Shown here one piece after another: positions 38,069 through 51,999 of a DNA stretch of 64,000 nt (position 1 is the stretch's first letter; each line of letters starts with the position of its first letter). The position numbers were made by a program, and so were the translations under genes. This stretch comes from Daphnia carinata (lineage: Eukaryota), in contig NC_081331.1 of NCBI RefSeq assembly GCF_022539665.2, positions 13,888,001-13,952,000 on the forward strand, in the 5' to 3' direction. A model generated the notes under the pieces. It made no database searches. It worked only from the letters and a program-made list of their open reading frames with translations, and was not told where the DNA came from.

Positions 38069-41053
38069 ATGCAAATTTCTCAGGTAAGTCTCTTTTCACT
38101 AATATCTTATTCATTAACGTCACCCCAAAATTCAATTTCAGATCATTGTGGCTTTGGCCATGGGCTGTTTGGTGGCTGGTAGTCCCGTGCCCAGCGAAAC
38201 TCCATCCGCCCGGAACGATCAAATTGCAGAAGCTCGCGAACATTTCGAATCTCCGATCCATCAGGTGAGTCCTTCATGAACTTTTACATTTCCCCATATT
38301 TTCTTAATCGTTAGTCTTCTGTTTTTCGTCTTTTTTTCATGCAGCTGGAAGCCGATGAAGCTATTCCAGCGGAAGAAGTCGCCAGTGACATTGCCAGCCA
38401 AGCAGAAATCTATGCCGACCGTAGTGCCTTATACAAATACGTGAGTCTCGCAGCTTCTTTTGATATGTTTTTCAGTTTCTACTCGGATAAAGATCTCGTT
38501 TTTTGAACGGCTCAAAAGCTGTTAATGCCGCATTGTGGCATGTCCCTTTTATTGTTTGAGCGAAAAAGACGAGGACTTTAACCTTTCTGACGGTTGACAG
38601 GTGCTGTACGTGTCAGTTAAGCCCCCCCACAAGACCTTGACTCTTTGAAGAGCTCGTTAAGAATGCTGTAGACTTGTTTTGGCGTTTCCTTTTGTTAACA
38701 ACTGTCAGTTCGTCAAACGCGACAACGGTAAACGCTGCGGTTTGCGTGTCGGTTTCGACGCAGGTGGACATGACGCAAACGACAGCCGTTATCGTGTAAC
38801 ATGATCGTTACTTTTTCTTGCCAACGTACCGACAATTAAAGTTGATCAATACGGAAGTAGATTTCAAAAGACTTCATGTGATAGGCAGTGCACGAAAGAC
38901 TAACGATGACGTAATCAGACAGTATGACCTGGTCCTTTTCTTTCCATTTCTTAATGAATCCAATTAAAGAAATCGAAAGAAAAAGATTTTCAAAACTATT
39001 CTTTGATCTGAAAATAATTAAACGTTTTCAATTTTCATTTCATTTAGGAAGATGAACCGGAAAGCAGCGTTCGCCAATATGGTATTGCCATTCCCGAGCT
39101 GAAACTGACGCAATTCCAGAGATCCGACGATGAGGGTCGTTACAGCTTCGGCTACGCTTATCCCGGACAAGTTCGTATGGAGTCCCGCAACGAAGATGGA
39201 GTCGTCACTGGATCTTATTATTACAACGACCCCAACGGCACTCCAAATCAGGTATTTGCATGAAACTGCCCACCGGCTCCCCTCCCTTTTTTAAACGTTC
39301 AAAACGAAGGAAAGGATTCATCAGCTGATATTTGCTATTTACCACGCCTTTTTTAACGCATGAAAAAAGAGGGGAATTCCAGTTGAACTTTTTTTCTTTT
39401 CTTCTCAATGAAACGGATGATAATGGGGGGAGGGGGGAAGATTGTAATCACTGCGGGATGTCGTTTACTTTTATTTTTCTACCTGTCTCTTCTGGCTGTG
39501 TGTACTGCCGGTCTATTTTAACCGCGGCTAATAGCGAAAATGCAATCACATCAAGGCGTTGCTGTGAGGATAATATCATCATGTACGTCCAACGCTGTAG
39601 GCCAAACGATTTTCACATGAGGGGTATTCACGAAGGTCTACGAGTTGCATAACCCGCTCATTTTCTATCATTTTTCATCGTATGGCTAATTGCGTGCGGA
39701 ATAATATCCATTTTTCTTTTGATGTTAGGTTCAATACATGGCAGATGGTAGTGGATTCCGCGTTGCAGCCAATAATTTACCCGTCCATTTTCCCGGCCAT
39801 CAACCCCAGGACACTCCCGAAGTGGAAGAAGCTAGACGAAAGCACCTCGAAGCTTTTGCCGCCATTGCTCAACAAAACAAAGCCCAAGGTAACAAAACAA
39901 CAGAATTCCTGAGATACCCTTTTTTGTCATTTGTTATTGACCACCGTAAATTATATGCAACATTTTTTATTATGCGTGCCCAGTTACAGATAAGAAAGAG
40001 TCTACCGTCCAGAAAGTCGAAACTGTCGTTGAAGATGAGAGCCGTGACGCTGTTATTACAGACGCGTTAGAGACCGATGAAGTCAAGGCTACCGTTGAAA
40101 AATTGCAATCATTCACGCCGGCTAAGATCGAACAAAATGCCGTTGAATTAAATCCGTCCAATAGACAGCCGTCGATCAAACCATTGGATCCTGACGTCAT
40201 TATCGACGATGAGAATCAAGCCATCATCACCGAACAGGACACAGACGCTAACGCGGGAATTTTCGAACTTGACGCCGAACCCATTCGATTGTTGGCCCAG
40301 CTTTATGCCAAACACGTCGAGGATGCTGAGCCTCCACAGCCGATCGAACGGCCGGCTGGATTCCATCCGCAGAACCTCAGACCGCCCAGCGGTTTCGATC
40401 TGTTCAGCCGTTTGGAAGGTGACGATCGCCAGGCGATTGAAATCACCAATCCTGAATTTGTGGATCTTCGTGCTTTCTTGCTGACCAATAGGATCCGCGC
40501 CAGCCAGATCCCTCAACTCCTTTCGCAAAAGGAGGAGAAACAGCAAGGCAAACCGTCCAAGTTTGACGACAATGCTGACCTCTTCAGTCCCGAAGAGGCC
40601 GATGAAATGATCTTTGATGACGAAGACGTTGTAGACGCCAACGATTTGTATAATTACTATTTCAATATCGCCAACGGTGGAGTAGGAGGGCCCGTCCTTG
40701 CTGTTAATCGCGAATCGCTAAGCAAATTGCCCGAATCTTTGCAATTGGCTTTGACCGGGATGGGAGCCATTGATGGCCATCACAACGCCCAATCGATGCC
40801 CAGCCAGCAAATCCAGCAGAAACAGCAGTTGCTCAACCAGCAGAGGTTCGCTAGCAATTACATCAACCAACGTCTGGGTTATAATTCGCCTTATTCATCG
40901 CTCTATTCTCCCTATTATTTTTATCGTCAAAACGCGCACATGAGTCCTTACAAGTATCATGCAAATCCTTACTCTTCTTATTACCGCTTGCCATTGGTCA
41001 CGCCCTATGCGTCATACCCCTACACTAATTACAACCCGTATCATTCTTATTAA
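38069..41053 (+). CDS. R&R cuticular protein with the 18-residue cuticle motif, long acidic region and Tyr-rich tail (about 555 aa); exons 38069-38083, 38142-38264, 38345-38440, 39048-39251, 39729-39888, 39984-41053
   Basis: Signal MQISQ|IIVALAMGCLVAG; domain TQFQRSDDEGRYSFGYAYPGQVRMESRNEDGVVTGSYYYNDPNGTPNQ|VQYMADGSGFRVAANNLPV; PQDTPEVEEARRKHLEAF matches the PxDTPEVAAAKAAHxAA cuticle motif. All five introns are GT-AG with consistent phases (1668 nt total). Confidence 0.9.
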
Positions 41054-41363
41054 CGAGCTTCAATCATGACGCCATTTTGATTGACATTGCATTTAATTAT
41101 CACGTTCTGTTTGTGTCATGGGTTTTTTTTTTTATGAAAAAAGGGGGAGGATTGGTTTTTTGTTTTGTTTTATTCCAATCTTATTTTGAAAACGGAATAT
41201 AAAATTTTGTATCCGACAAGTTATTCTTTAAATTAATTAATGATATTATTAAATCATTAAAAAAAACGGAATAAAATTTTACAACAAGACTACAATCGTT
41301 TGAATTTTTTTTTTTGTTCTATCTAAAATGATTGAAAGAATGTAACATAATTAAAGCAAATAA

Positions 41364-42385
41364 TTAATTCAACGTGTATCGAATGCTGGCCGTTTGTTTG
41401 AAACGAGCGGGTTCTTTGTAAATGATGGCCGGCTCGCCAGGGAGCTGTTCGATGACGACACTGCTGCGATCCTCGGCTACCATTTCCGGAGACGGGCGGA
41501 TGGGACGCGGAATCGATCGACTCTTGCGACTTGGCGGAAGATCGGGCACGTCGATCTTAGGGAAAACGAAACGGGCGCTGTTCACGTGATTGAATTCCTC
41601 TCCTACGGACAGCGTGAATCCTCCGGATCTGAAAAAATCGGCTGCATCCACCGAAACGGATTCCTTTTCATCATCAACGACGGGCAATTTAGGCAAAACT
41701 AAAAACGTTTCCAGCTTGTCTGCCGTGTCGCTAATGAGGAACGGTTCAGCGGACGGGCCGCCAGCGGGCGATTCGGTCGGTAACGAACCGCTGCCTTCCT
41801 CCGTGTTGGCTTCGGTCGTGGTCGGCGGGAACGTGACTGGAATAATTTCTTCGATAGCTGAAAAGCCGAGGTTGTCCACGTCTCCGTATTTGACTCGCAC
41901 CGGATTGCCATCGGCCCTCATGTAGCCGTAATAGCCGGCCACTGTGCCATTAGCGAAGCGTCTCTCAGCTCGGAATTGGTTGTTCGTATCGTATCCAAAT
42001 CTGTTTGGGTTTTCGGTGGACGTCCGTTGACGAACAATGGGAGGCAAAGAGCGAACGATAAGCGGCTAAAAATAATTGCGTGTTATGTACACAGCAAAGA
42101 CGAAAGAAAACGCGTTACCGGAATGCGCTGCTGGGGAACAGCAAGGTCAGCTGATTGGGTCCGGCTACGTAAGTTATGACTGGCGGCTTCCTAATGGGCT
42201 GCGATTTGCATACGTCGCTCGACATCAGCACTACAAGCAGCGCTATACAGACGGCGACAGCTGATGTCGGAGAACGTTCACGACGATAAGCCTGTAGCGC
42301 ATTTTTCGTTCCAAAACGTCCAAAACACAATATGCAAATGTAAAGAAACATTCCAATAGATTCGTTCAAATGTTGAACTTACCAT
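41364..42385 (-). CDS. Divergent R&R-like cuticular protein (about 270 aa); exons 42385-42383, 42291-42119, 42000-41364
   Basis: ATG|gtaagt; exon 2 contains the hydrophobic AVAVCIALLVVLMSSDVC signal; a phase-2 splice gives AFR/FGYDTNNQFRAERRFANGTVAGYYGYMRADGNPVRVKYGDVDNLGF (R&R-like G-x8-G-x6-Y spacing). Confidence 0.8.
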
Positions 42386-45300
42386 TGTTGTATAGCTACG
42401 TGATTGAGTTAAAACAAATATGATTCTATGCTCTTAGAGACGGAAATAAAAATTCAAAGACGCAGATTTGCCCGTTAGATTATTGTTTCGTATAGAAACG
42501 AATTTTGGCTAACCACTTTGAGTTTGTTTTTACGATGTTTGGCAATCCGGGAACGTGTCGCGGACTGTGACGATCGACTTAAAAAAAAAAAAAAAAAAAA
42601 AAAACAACAACAACAACAACAAAAGAATAAGATGCACGTAACACTATAGAACGATTTCTTGAGAACATTAGTCAGGCGACACAGTCAAATAAAATGATGA
42701 GCGTTTTATTTCACCTGCTGCTGGTTGGGCTGTCGCCTTTTTTGGCCTTTTTTCGACACTCTCGCCAAATAAAAAATCAACAAATATCCACCTGTGCTGG
42801 GATTGAAGGGGAGGCAAAGACAACGATGATGTCGAGAACCACAGAAGCGCTGATCCCACGGATGGACTGCCAACTTGTGACTAAAAGGAAAAAGAAAAAG
42901 GGCAGACAGAACAACATAAAAAAAAAAAAAAGAAAAAAAAGTCAATTCTATTTGACGTGCCAGGTGAGGGGAGGGCAGTGCTTCTAGCCGATCGTACCTG
43001 TTTGAAGAGTGCGGAGACTGTAACGAAAAGAATAAAAAAAAAAGGTGGAAATGATTCCCTCAAGCCAATGTCCTGTTGACCTTGCAGAGTTGAATGCGTT
43101 TCTGGGTTCCCTCCAAACAAGGAATACAACAACAACAACGAAAAAAAAAAAAAACACATACAGAGAAGACAAGACAGCCAACAAGAAGAAGAAGACATCT
43201 TCCGACACTGGAAGGCCCTCAGGCGGCTTGGCCATCAAAAGAAAACCGTTCAAAAAAAAATGTATATACATTCTGTCAGGCTGTATAGCGGCAATTGGCC
43301 AACAAAAAAAAAAATGTCCCCGTTTGTAGATTGGCTCATTTTACCTTTGGAACAAAAAAAAAAAAAAACAGAAGGATTGGATGTGAAAGAGAACATACTG
43401 TACATGGCATTGACCCCGTTCTCTCTCTAGAGGCAAACTGATTTACCTAGAAATCTTCTCTGATTAAAGGTGCAGATGATGTTAGGAAAAAGTCCCATTT
43501 GAGATTCACACACACACAAACCACTTTACTTTTTAATAATGTCAGGTGTTTGAAAGATATACGTGTGGAGAAAACTCATTTTCTTGCAATCAGTTTTGTT
43601 TAATGAAACGCAGAAATTTACAGCATCGCATCTCCTATGCAAAAAAAAAAATTGAGCGGTATACTACTCTCTCTCTCTCTCTCTCTATGATCTTTGCCTT
43701 CTTTGGCTGACGATCATTTACACGTTTAAGTATAAGCTATACACATCCACATTTCGTCTTCCTTTTTCGTATTACGAAATTGGAATTATCCCATTTTTTT
43801 GTTGTTGTTTTGGAACGGACTTTCAAACGGCCGTTTCAAAAGACGATGTTAATAACTAGACACAAGAGACCGAAACATTTTGGCATCGGTAAAAACAGAG
43901 TTCGATCAATGCCCGGCATAGTTGAAAATCCTTTTCGTCGTCGTAGGATTTAGGCATTTTTTGTTTTTTGTTTTTTTTTGCACGGCACCACACACACATT
44001 GGGAAATAAATTGGAATACGTCGGGAAAAAGAAAGTAATGAACGTAAGATTAGCTGCGGTTAGACAGAGCTCGTCCATCGTAGCATTAAGTCGTTCAATT
44101 TTTTTAGTTGAACGACTGCCAGAAAGCCGAGATGAAAAAAAAACAAAAAAGAAAACATCATTCGCCAGATAGAAAAAGATTAGTTAAGTTTCACGGATAA
44201 GGACCTTGCTGCACCTGGCAGGTGACATCGTCACACGGATGCGCAGAGAAAGGGGCGAGACAGAGAGAAATGGCACTTGAATTATTTCTTTAACCATTAC
44301 AGCCGGCCATATAATATATATCGTATGATGTATACACGCATCCGCGTGCAACTTGATTTGTTTCATTTGTCACGCAGGTCGGCGCATAGGACGTGACTAT
44401 TTCAACCGGGCAAAACGTTTTAAATACCGCAGAGGTTGGAAGTCACACTAATAAACAGCCGGGCCAAGGGGAAAGTGCAACAACTTTCGAAAATAATCCA
44501 TTGTTTATCTTTCCTCCCCCCCCCCCCCCTTTTTTTTTCCTTTTTTCACAGTTTTAAATGAGGTACTTAATCCTCTTTGGCGTGTGGGAATGACAGCATC
44601 ATTCAGGTTTAATCCATCTTTCGATCCGGCATCGCCTTTGATGATGGCCGTCAGCTGCACAACATCCACACAATCGTCCTGATGAAGATGGTAGTGGACA
44701 TAATTCCATCATCATCCGACACGCTAAGTCGCTGTGACTATAAAAAAAAAAAAAAAAAAAAAAAATCAAATAAAATGCTGCGGTAGCTTGAAATCCATTT
44801 GACATCATCAATTAGGGAAACGACGTTCCTTTTTCTTCCAGAAAAGAAAAAGAAAAAAATTAAAAATTACGGACTTTGTGTTTCTATACGGTATAATCAA
44901 GACATTAGCTGATTCTCGGAATCTTTCGTCCGTTGAAACAAGTGCGAAACAGCGCATCAGTTGTAGATTCGTGAATGTTCGTATTTGAGCTAAAGTCGTG
45001 TTTGCTATTTTTTTTTCGTTTTTCTTTTGTTTAATTTCCGGGCTACGATGAATTCACGATTGCTGATGAGTGTGTTGGAAAGCCAAGAAAGTGAGAGTCG
45101 TGAGCCATTTCGCCTAGCCGATGAAAACCTCGACTAATTCTCATCTTTCTATCGAGTTTTTTAATGCATATCATTAGCTTTCAACTTGTTGATGGCGTGC
45201 TGCTAATTTTTTCACTACAAGTCTAACGATTTGGGGGGGCACGTTTCTTTTTTTTTTTTTTTTTTGTTTCTATTTGATCCATCTTCGTGATGAGCAAGGG

Positions 45301-47955
45301 GGTGGCATTTATCGACAAGGTTAAAACAATAAAATAAAAAATAAAAAAAACGCGCTGGAAGATGAAGAGAAATTGAATTAAGAAGATGAAGATATCCTCC
45401 GAATTTCCGTTTAGTGTGAACTGTTTGATTGAGGCCGTTTCGATAGGATAGGTGCAGAGAAGTACAACTGAACGCGTGAGTGAGGAATCACGATTCTCCC
45501 AAAAGAAGTAGGGAGATGATTGTTGGCCTTTGGGCGATATAATTCTCACATTTCCTACTACAAGACGTGCCTACATGAGTGATCCATCTAACATTTTTTT
45601 TTTTTTTTCTTTTTTATTTCTTTTTTTCCCATGCGCTTTATTATCGTTTCCATATTCCAATGTCCGTGTGAGATGTTGACTATGCGCAACATACCATTTC
45701 CGGCCAACGATGCTGAAACACACCGTCACGCAATGAGAAATGAATACAAAGATGAGAGGAGAAAAAGGAAAAAAAAAAAAAAAGAATAGCAAATCCACGC
45801 ATCTGAGAAACGGTGAACGTAAATGTCGGAGCGCACAGCACGGTGCATATCGAATAAAGGATTCCTGCTTCGTATAAAATTACATCATAAAAAAAAAAAA
45901 GGAATGAAATGTCGTGAAAAAGGTGACACAGAATGCCAAAGAGGTCCACGAACTCAGGAAAGAAGAAAGTGGTGAAAGACAATCATAAAAAAACAAACAA
46001 AAAACAGACAGACAACTGGATAAGTCAATTCTGTTGTTTTGCAATTTTTTTTTTTTTTTTCAAACAATAAAATCATATCCAGTCATCACAATTGATTCGG
46101 TAGGAACTATAACGACTCTCACTCGGCCGACACGGATGGCCGAAGAAAAAGGGATGGTAGATGTGTCGGATGAATGAGCAACGAGTGAAAGGCGGTCGAA
46201 GAGGACGTTGTTTCTCCCGATATTTAGGACGATATAGAAGAAAGAGAGAGCATCATCTCAATGCTGAATACCTTAAATAAAAAAAAACAAAAAAACAAGA
46301 GAACGGACAGGCAAAAGGAGCAGCAGTCCGTCAGAATGCGCTCGTCCTAAATAAAACATTTCTTATTCCGATGGTCTCACTCCTTCAGTCTGCGTAGGTG
46401 GCCAGCAATATCTCTACTCGCTGTCACGCAGACGAGCGGGCTGGCTGCTTTTGGTGGTGATAGTACGTTGTTGTATAACGTTGCGAATAAAATAAGATTG
46501 GTTTTTGTTTGTTTTTAGGATCGAACACAGAAGGAAGTTGTTAGAAACTGGCCATTGGCTAACCTTTTTGTGTTTTTTTTTTTTGCGCTAGCTCCGGATT
46601 GTTCCAAAAGGAATGATTTAAATGGAATAAAATAATAAAATATTTTGTTCGATGGAATTACGGGGCCGCCCTCTAGCCCAATTCCATCCCGGACTAGTCA
46701 CGATCGTCATTCACGACGTATTCCATGATGAAACTATCCAATCCCCTTCTTTTTTTTTCTTTATTCTTGCTCAAGTTGTGCTGTATGGGAAAGATGGCCT
46801 TTTTTCAGAAGTTGCCAGTCTCTTTTCCTTTAATCACTGTTCGTTCGAGGATTCCAAAAAAAAAAAAAATTTGCATACGACCAGTGAGCAATACAATACA
46901 TCACGACGGATTGACGAAAGTCTGTTAAAATCAGCCCCACTTTAATGGGATGCTACACCAAACCTCTGGTGTGTATCGTCAGAAATAAATGCAATCGTTG
47001 AATGCGAAATGAGGCACCGAAGGAAGGCCCTACTTTGTTGGTTTTTTTCGATGTTGGACATGAAACGTTTCGGCGATGACGGCTGGTAAAAATAAATAAA
47101 AAAAAAAAAATAAAGAGAAAGAGCGACGAACAAAACATGAAGAAGAGAGAGAGAGAGAGAGAGAGTGGGAGGTTCTGTTGAAGTCGCTGGATCGGGTTGG
47201 GTTTCTGTTGGGGAGGAGGAAGAGCAGCGTGAGCACGACAGAGCCCAAAAGAAACGACGACCTCCCCACAACACACACACACACACACACACGCGAATGA
47301 AAAAGGGCAGGATAAAGAAAAAAAAAACAACAAAAAAAAAAAAAACACAGACGAAGAAAGAGAGAGAGAGAGAGGATGTGTATAGTAGTGGTAGTAGCAC
47401 GCGGAACCAGCCGCAGACAGCCGCAGCTTGAGGTGTGGGGCTGTAGTGTGGGGCTATAGTATTTAAATAGGCGCGGGAGTCGAGTGAGCCACGGCATTTG
47501 CGTTTGTTGCTTCGCTGCCGCCTGTTTTTTTTTTTTAAATCTGGAAAGGGGGGACCCGTCCGTTTTTGGTGAATCATTCGTCATCGTCGACGGAGTCGAA
47601 GAGTGGCCCCCACGTGTTCTTTTTATTGGTGATCCACATTGCGTCATCAGCGTTTGAAACATACCCGCCATGTCGGTCAATTTGAGTGACGACGCTAATT
47701 GGTCATCGTCAACGTGATTCTCCATCATTCCCGACAAACTACACACACACACACACACACATTTGGTTTCTCTTCTTGTCTCTTCTCATCTTTCTCAGCT
47801 GGCCGGCAGCCGGTCCAGCTCTCTCTCTCTCTCTCCTGTTCGTGTTGTCCGCGTGAATTGTTGAAAGCAACAAGCCTCCTCGTCTTCTTTTTGTAAATAA
47901 CAAAAATCAGCTGATCGACTTTGTCATCGTCATTACAACACAGACGGCCTGGATA

Positions 47956-48633
47956 ATGAAGAATCATCACGTCACCAGCAGCATTTTTGTCACGCTACTT
48001 GCCGTAAGTGCCAAAAAAAAAAAAAAAAAAAATCCCGAACTGACGTCATCCCCCTGTTTTGATTTTTTTTTTTTTTTTGCCTTTTCTTTTGTCGAGACTC
48101 CCCAACGTGTTGTGTCTGCGTACCTTCAGTATTTTGTGTGTGTTTGTGTAGATGCATATAGGCCTGCATATTTAGAGTGACGTCATGGCTAATAATAGAA
48201 TACGGCGATCGAACAAAAAAAAAAAAGAAAGAAACACAAAATGTAGTCATACATAGACACAGAGGTTTGACGTACGATCGATTCAATTATTGGACGGCCC
48301 GTTTCAGCAGAGAAACATAAAGAATGAATGATTTTTATTTGATTGAGGTCGTATGGTAATTTAATTGGAGGGAACAATTTTTGGTGGGCCGTTTATTTTG
48401 TATTTTCTTTTTTTTTCTTTTTTTCCCCTCCCGTCCAATGTTCGATAGCAGACACGTTAGCCGGCCACATCACCATCCATATACAACTCGTAGTGCAGCG
48501 TATACAACCAAGGTCGATCCTTTTCTTTTTGCTTTCGAGCCACGCGCGTGTCTTGTGTGCAATGCTCTTCGGCGAGTCGTCACTTACTTCAGCTTCTCTG
48601 AGTAATTGGAAAAGAATGTCTTCCACCACAAAG

Positions 48634-48668
<35 letters not shown>

Positions 48669-49008
48669 CCGATACAACAACAACAACAACCTTCCTCTTT
48701 CCCCCCTTCAGATTATCGCAACGGATTTCTTTTACATTCTCTCAAACTGTTGCGCGTGCGCGTCTATTTTGCGCACAACATCGAAAATGACCAGCTTTTC
48801 GAAGGTTTTTTTTTTTTTTTCTATTTAAAATTCCAATGCGGTTCAGCTGCGCGCAGGATGCCAAAAATGCTGTGAAAAGAAGAAATAAAAAAAAATATTG
48901 CAAAGCAAAAGGGCAGATCCGTGATCTCATATTTATCGCCTCGTCAAACTCTTGTTGCAAAAAAGAAAAAAAAAGCGCGCCATCATTATTTGAATTTGGC
49001 AGCGATTG

Positions 49009-49045
<37 letters not shown>

Positions 49046-51999
49046 AAACTGGCATTGTAAAATATAAGCAAAGCACGTCGTCAAAATAAAGCGACGACGT
49101 GTCCGATGAAGCGCACGTGCGTCTACCATATCTTCCGTATGGCCCATTAATTATTATGACATTTCGTCCCGCAAGAAAAAGAAAGAAAAAAATTTGGATG
49201 ATGATGATACCCTCGCTTCTATATTGCCGGTGGAACTACTCAACAAGAGAGATACGTCCTTGTCTATGGTGGCTGATCATTCTCTCTCTCTCTCTCTTTT
49301 TTCTATTGTCGTTGTATAGACGTAATGGTCATATCCTTGTGGCCATTTACGGTGGCACGAAGGCAAAGAAAGAAAAAGACATAGGGAGAAATTGATTTAG
49401 CGAGGCGACAGCCAGTCGAGTCGAGTCGAGTCGCGCTTTGCAACAGTTTCGAATTTATCAAATTGAAAAAGAAAAACTTGTGCCGTACCGCGTCTCCGCC
49501 AATAGGAGACAAGGCAACGTGAGATATTTGTATTCCACTGTGTGTTATTTTCTCTTTGATTTCATGAGCTATTGCTGTTCATGAAATCTAAACATGTTCA
49601 CGCAGAGACGTGGTCGATGAGCATCATCGGTTATTTTGGTGGCTATTCCCATTCGTTCGCCTTCGCTTTTATCTCAACTTTTTTTTTTTTTCACGAAATG
49701 CGAACGCAGACAAACGACTATGGCCAAAAACCATCGAATGTTTACCTTTTTGGCTGAGGACAATAGAAAATAGAAGGAAAAAAAAAAAATCCGTTTGCTG
49801 ATCGAGATTTATTCTTGCGACAGTCATGCCAAGAAAATGTTCACATGCTCAACTAAAAAGCTTTTAAGAAGAAGAAGGCAAAGAAGAACTTACCGAAAGA
49901 CGGTTCGAGTTATTTAGACAAAAAAAAAACAACAAAAAAAAAAGACAATTGATGGACGGCTACATCCAAACACGGTGACAATTTTTTCTTTTTCACTTGG
50001 GACTTTCACCGTTAACTCGCCATTATTCGTTCATTTCTTTGGGTTGGGTTTGCAGCAAAAGCTGTGCAAACCTTTCCCACCTAAATAGTTAAAGTAGAAA
50101 AAAAAAAAAAAAAAAGGTGCGCGCTTCCCTTTTGATTTACGATGAGATTTTTTGAATGACGCGATGTCACGACGATCCTATGCATATCCACAATTTCAGG
50201 TGAAATGTGTTTGAAACAAAAATATGAGTTACAGTTGTTGGCTATTCGTATAGCGGGACTCTGCACCGCCACGCAATTCAATGACACAAGTATCTTCCAT
50301 CATTTTTGGTAATGTCGCTAAATTATTATAATTTCAACTAGCAAGCATAAATGAACAGCTGATCTCCCTCGTTTCACTCTCTTGGTTTAGTTTAGAGGGG
50401 TCACTTTCACCTCCCCTTCTAAAAAACAATTTGAGTCTTTTCTCTCACCTTTCATCACACCTGAAATTGGTTGACTTTATTCCGCCTTCGGTCGTCTATA
50501 TGCCACACGTTTCTATTTTCGGGACTTGTTTGGGCCGAATGCAGCACTTTTTTTTTTTTTTTTTTTTTTTTACCTGAGCCTAAAGCCTTGGCGAAAACTA
50601 ATTTTTTTAAAAGATGGCCTATCTTAGCATCAGCATCGTTCCATTTGCATATTATCACGGATAGGTCGGGTCACTCGGACCGAACACCAAAACCAGTGAA
50701 AATGCAAAGAAAAAGAAAAAAAAAAAAAAAAAACAACAACAGAGAAATCGGGAAAGTTTCACCTGTCCGACCGTTTTTGGCAGATCAAAAATTGGGGGCA
50801 GAAAATTGGCCGATGCAATCGGGCGGGAGTTACTTAACGCACATTTTGCGACGGTTCTTCAATTAACACGATCCTAAATCAGGTAGAAAAGAAAAGAATG
50901 TTAATGAAAACGAGAGAAGGAAAGGGAAAATTTGATTTCTTAAAACTTTCGAATGAGCTTAAGGGCTTCGCGTTTGTGTCTGCGTTCAAATCTTTCTCAC
51001 GACGGCTCGTTTTTCCCGCGTGACTCACGTCAGCTACGTTTATCGTTCACTAGATGGTGTGGGACGGCGTTCGTGCAGGACAACTCACGCCCTTCGACTG
51101 GAACGAGACGGTAGGCGACAGCGACAGCGACAGTTTCTACGAAGGCCGTTTGCCCGTTCACTCGAACGACGTCTCATTCACGACGTTCACCATGGACCCT
51201 CAAACGGGCGCTTACACATTCGGTTACGATACTGGTAACGTAAATAATAAATCCTTCATTAATAAACCGAGCAAAAACACATACACGTCTGTGGATTGTG
51301 ATTTGCGTATCGAACAAGGCAAAATAAATCGCTCGTATGAATAAGACATCAGCTGGATCGTTATGGCCGCTGAATTCATATGACTATCTTTATCGTAATA
51401 AAAATATGTGTACATGTCCTTGTTTGGTTTTGGAACTTATCGTGTAAATCGATTGCGTGCATTTCCGTGTCGTCCATTTAAGGAGGTGGAGAACATCAGT
51501 CGTACCGCGTCGAAACGCGTTCACCTGACGGAACCGTAACGGGACGTTACGGTTACGTAGATCCGGAGGGAGTGTTACGCATCGTCGACTACGTGGCTGA
51601 TCGCCGTGGATATCGGTGAGTCAATCAAATTTGGATATGTCGATGTCTTGCATTTTCATGTATTGAGGATGGGGTAGCGGAGAAGCGCGGGCTTTTTTGA
51701 ATTTGAAATTTTATTTTAACCTCCCTGGTGATAATTGATGGGATGCTAGGCCAAAGATAACGACGAGGTATCCGGTGTCGCGGACGACGTCGTTCATCGG
51801 CCCGATCCCGTCGCCGATCCTCCAAGAGGAATCGCGGCTGAAAACGCGCAAGATCCCGTTCGCCACGCCTCTAGTGACGGCGTCGCTCTTCACCAACCAG
51901 ATCGTCAGCATTGGCGACGTCGATCTCGCCAGTATCAGCAGTAGCATCAGCAGCAGCAGGGCAGACACGTTACCTCCTTTCCCTTTATTCGACCTTTGA
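47956..51999 (+). CDS. R&R chitin-binding cuticular protein (about 203 aa); exons 47956-48003, 51054-51234, 51483-51615, 51750-51999
   Basis: MKNHHVTSSIFVTLLA|gtaagt joins MVWDGVRA to form a signal peptide; GAYTFGYDTG/GGEHQSYRVETRSPDGTVTGRYGYVDPEGVLRIVDYVADRRGYR is a clear R&R consensus; AATAAA at 52067-52072. Exon 1 (3-kb intron) and the last acceptor are less certain than the core. Confidence 0.82.

Noticed and set aside
46942..47758. 211-aa and 242-aa minus-strand ORFs
   Set aside because: They span (GA)n, (CA)n and poly-A tracts in the presumed promoter region of the 48-kb gene; the composition is microsatellite-derived.
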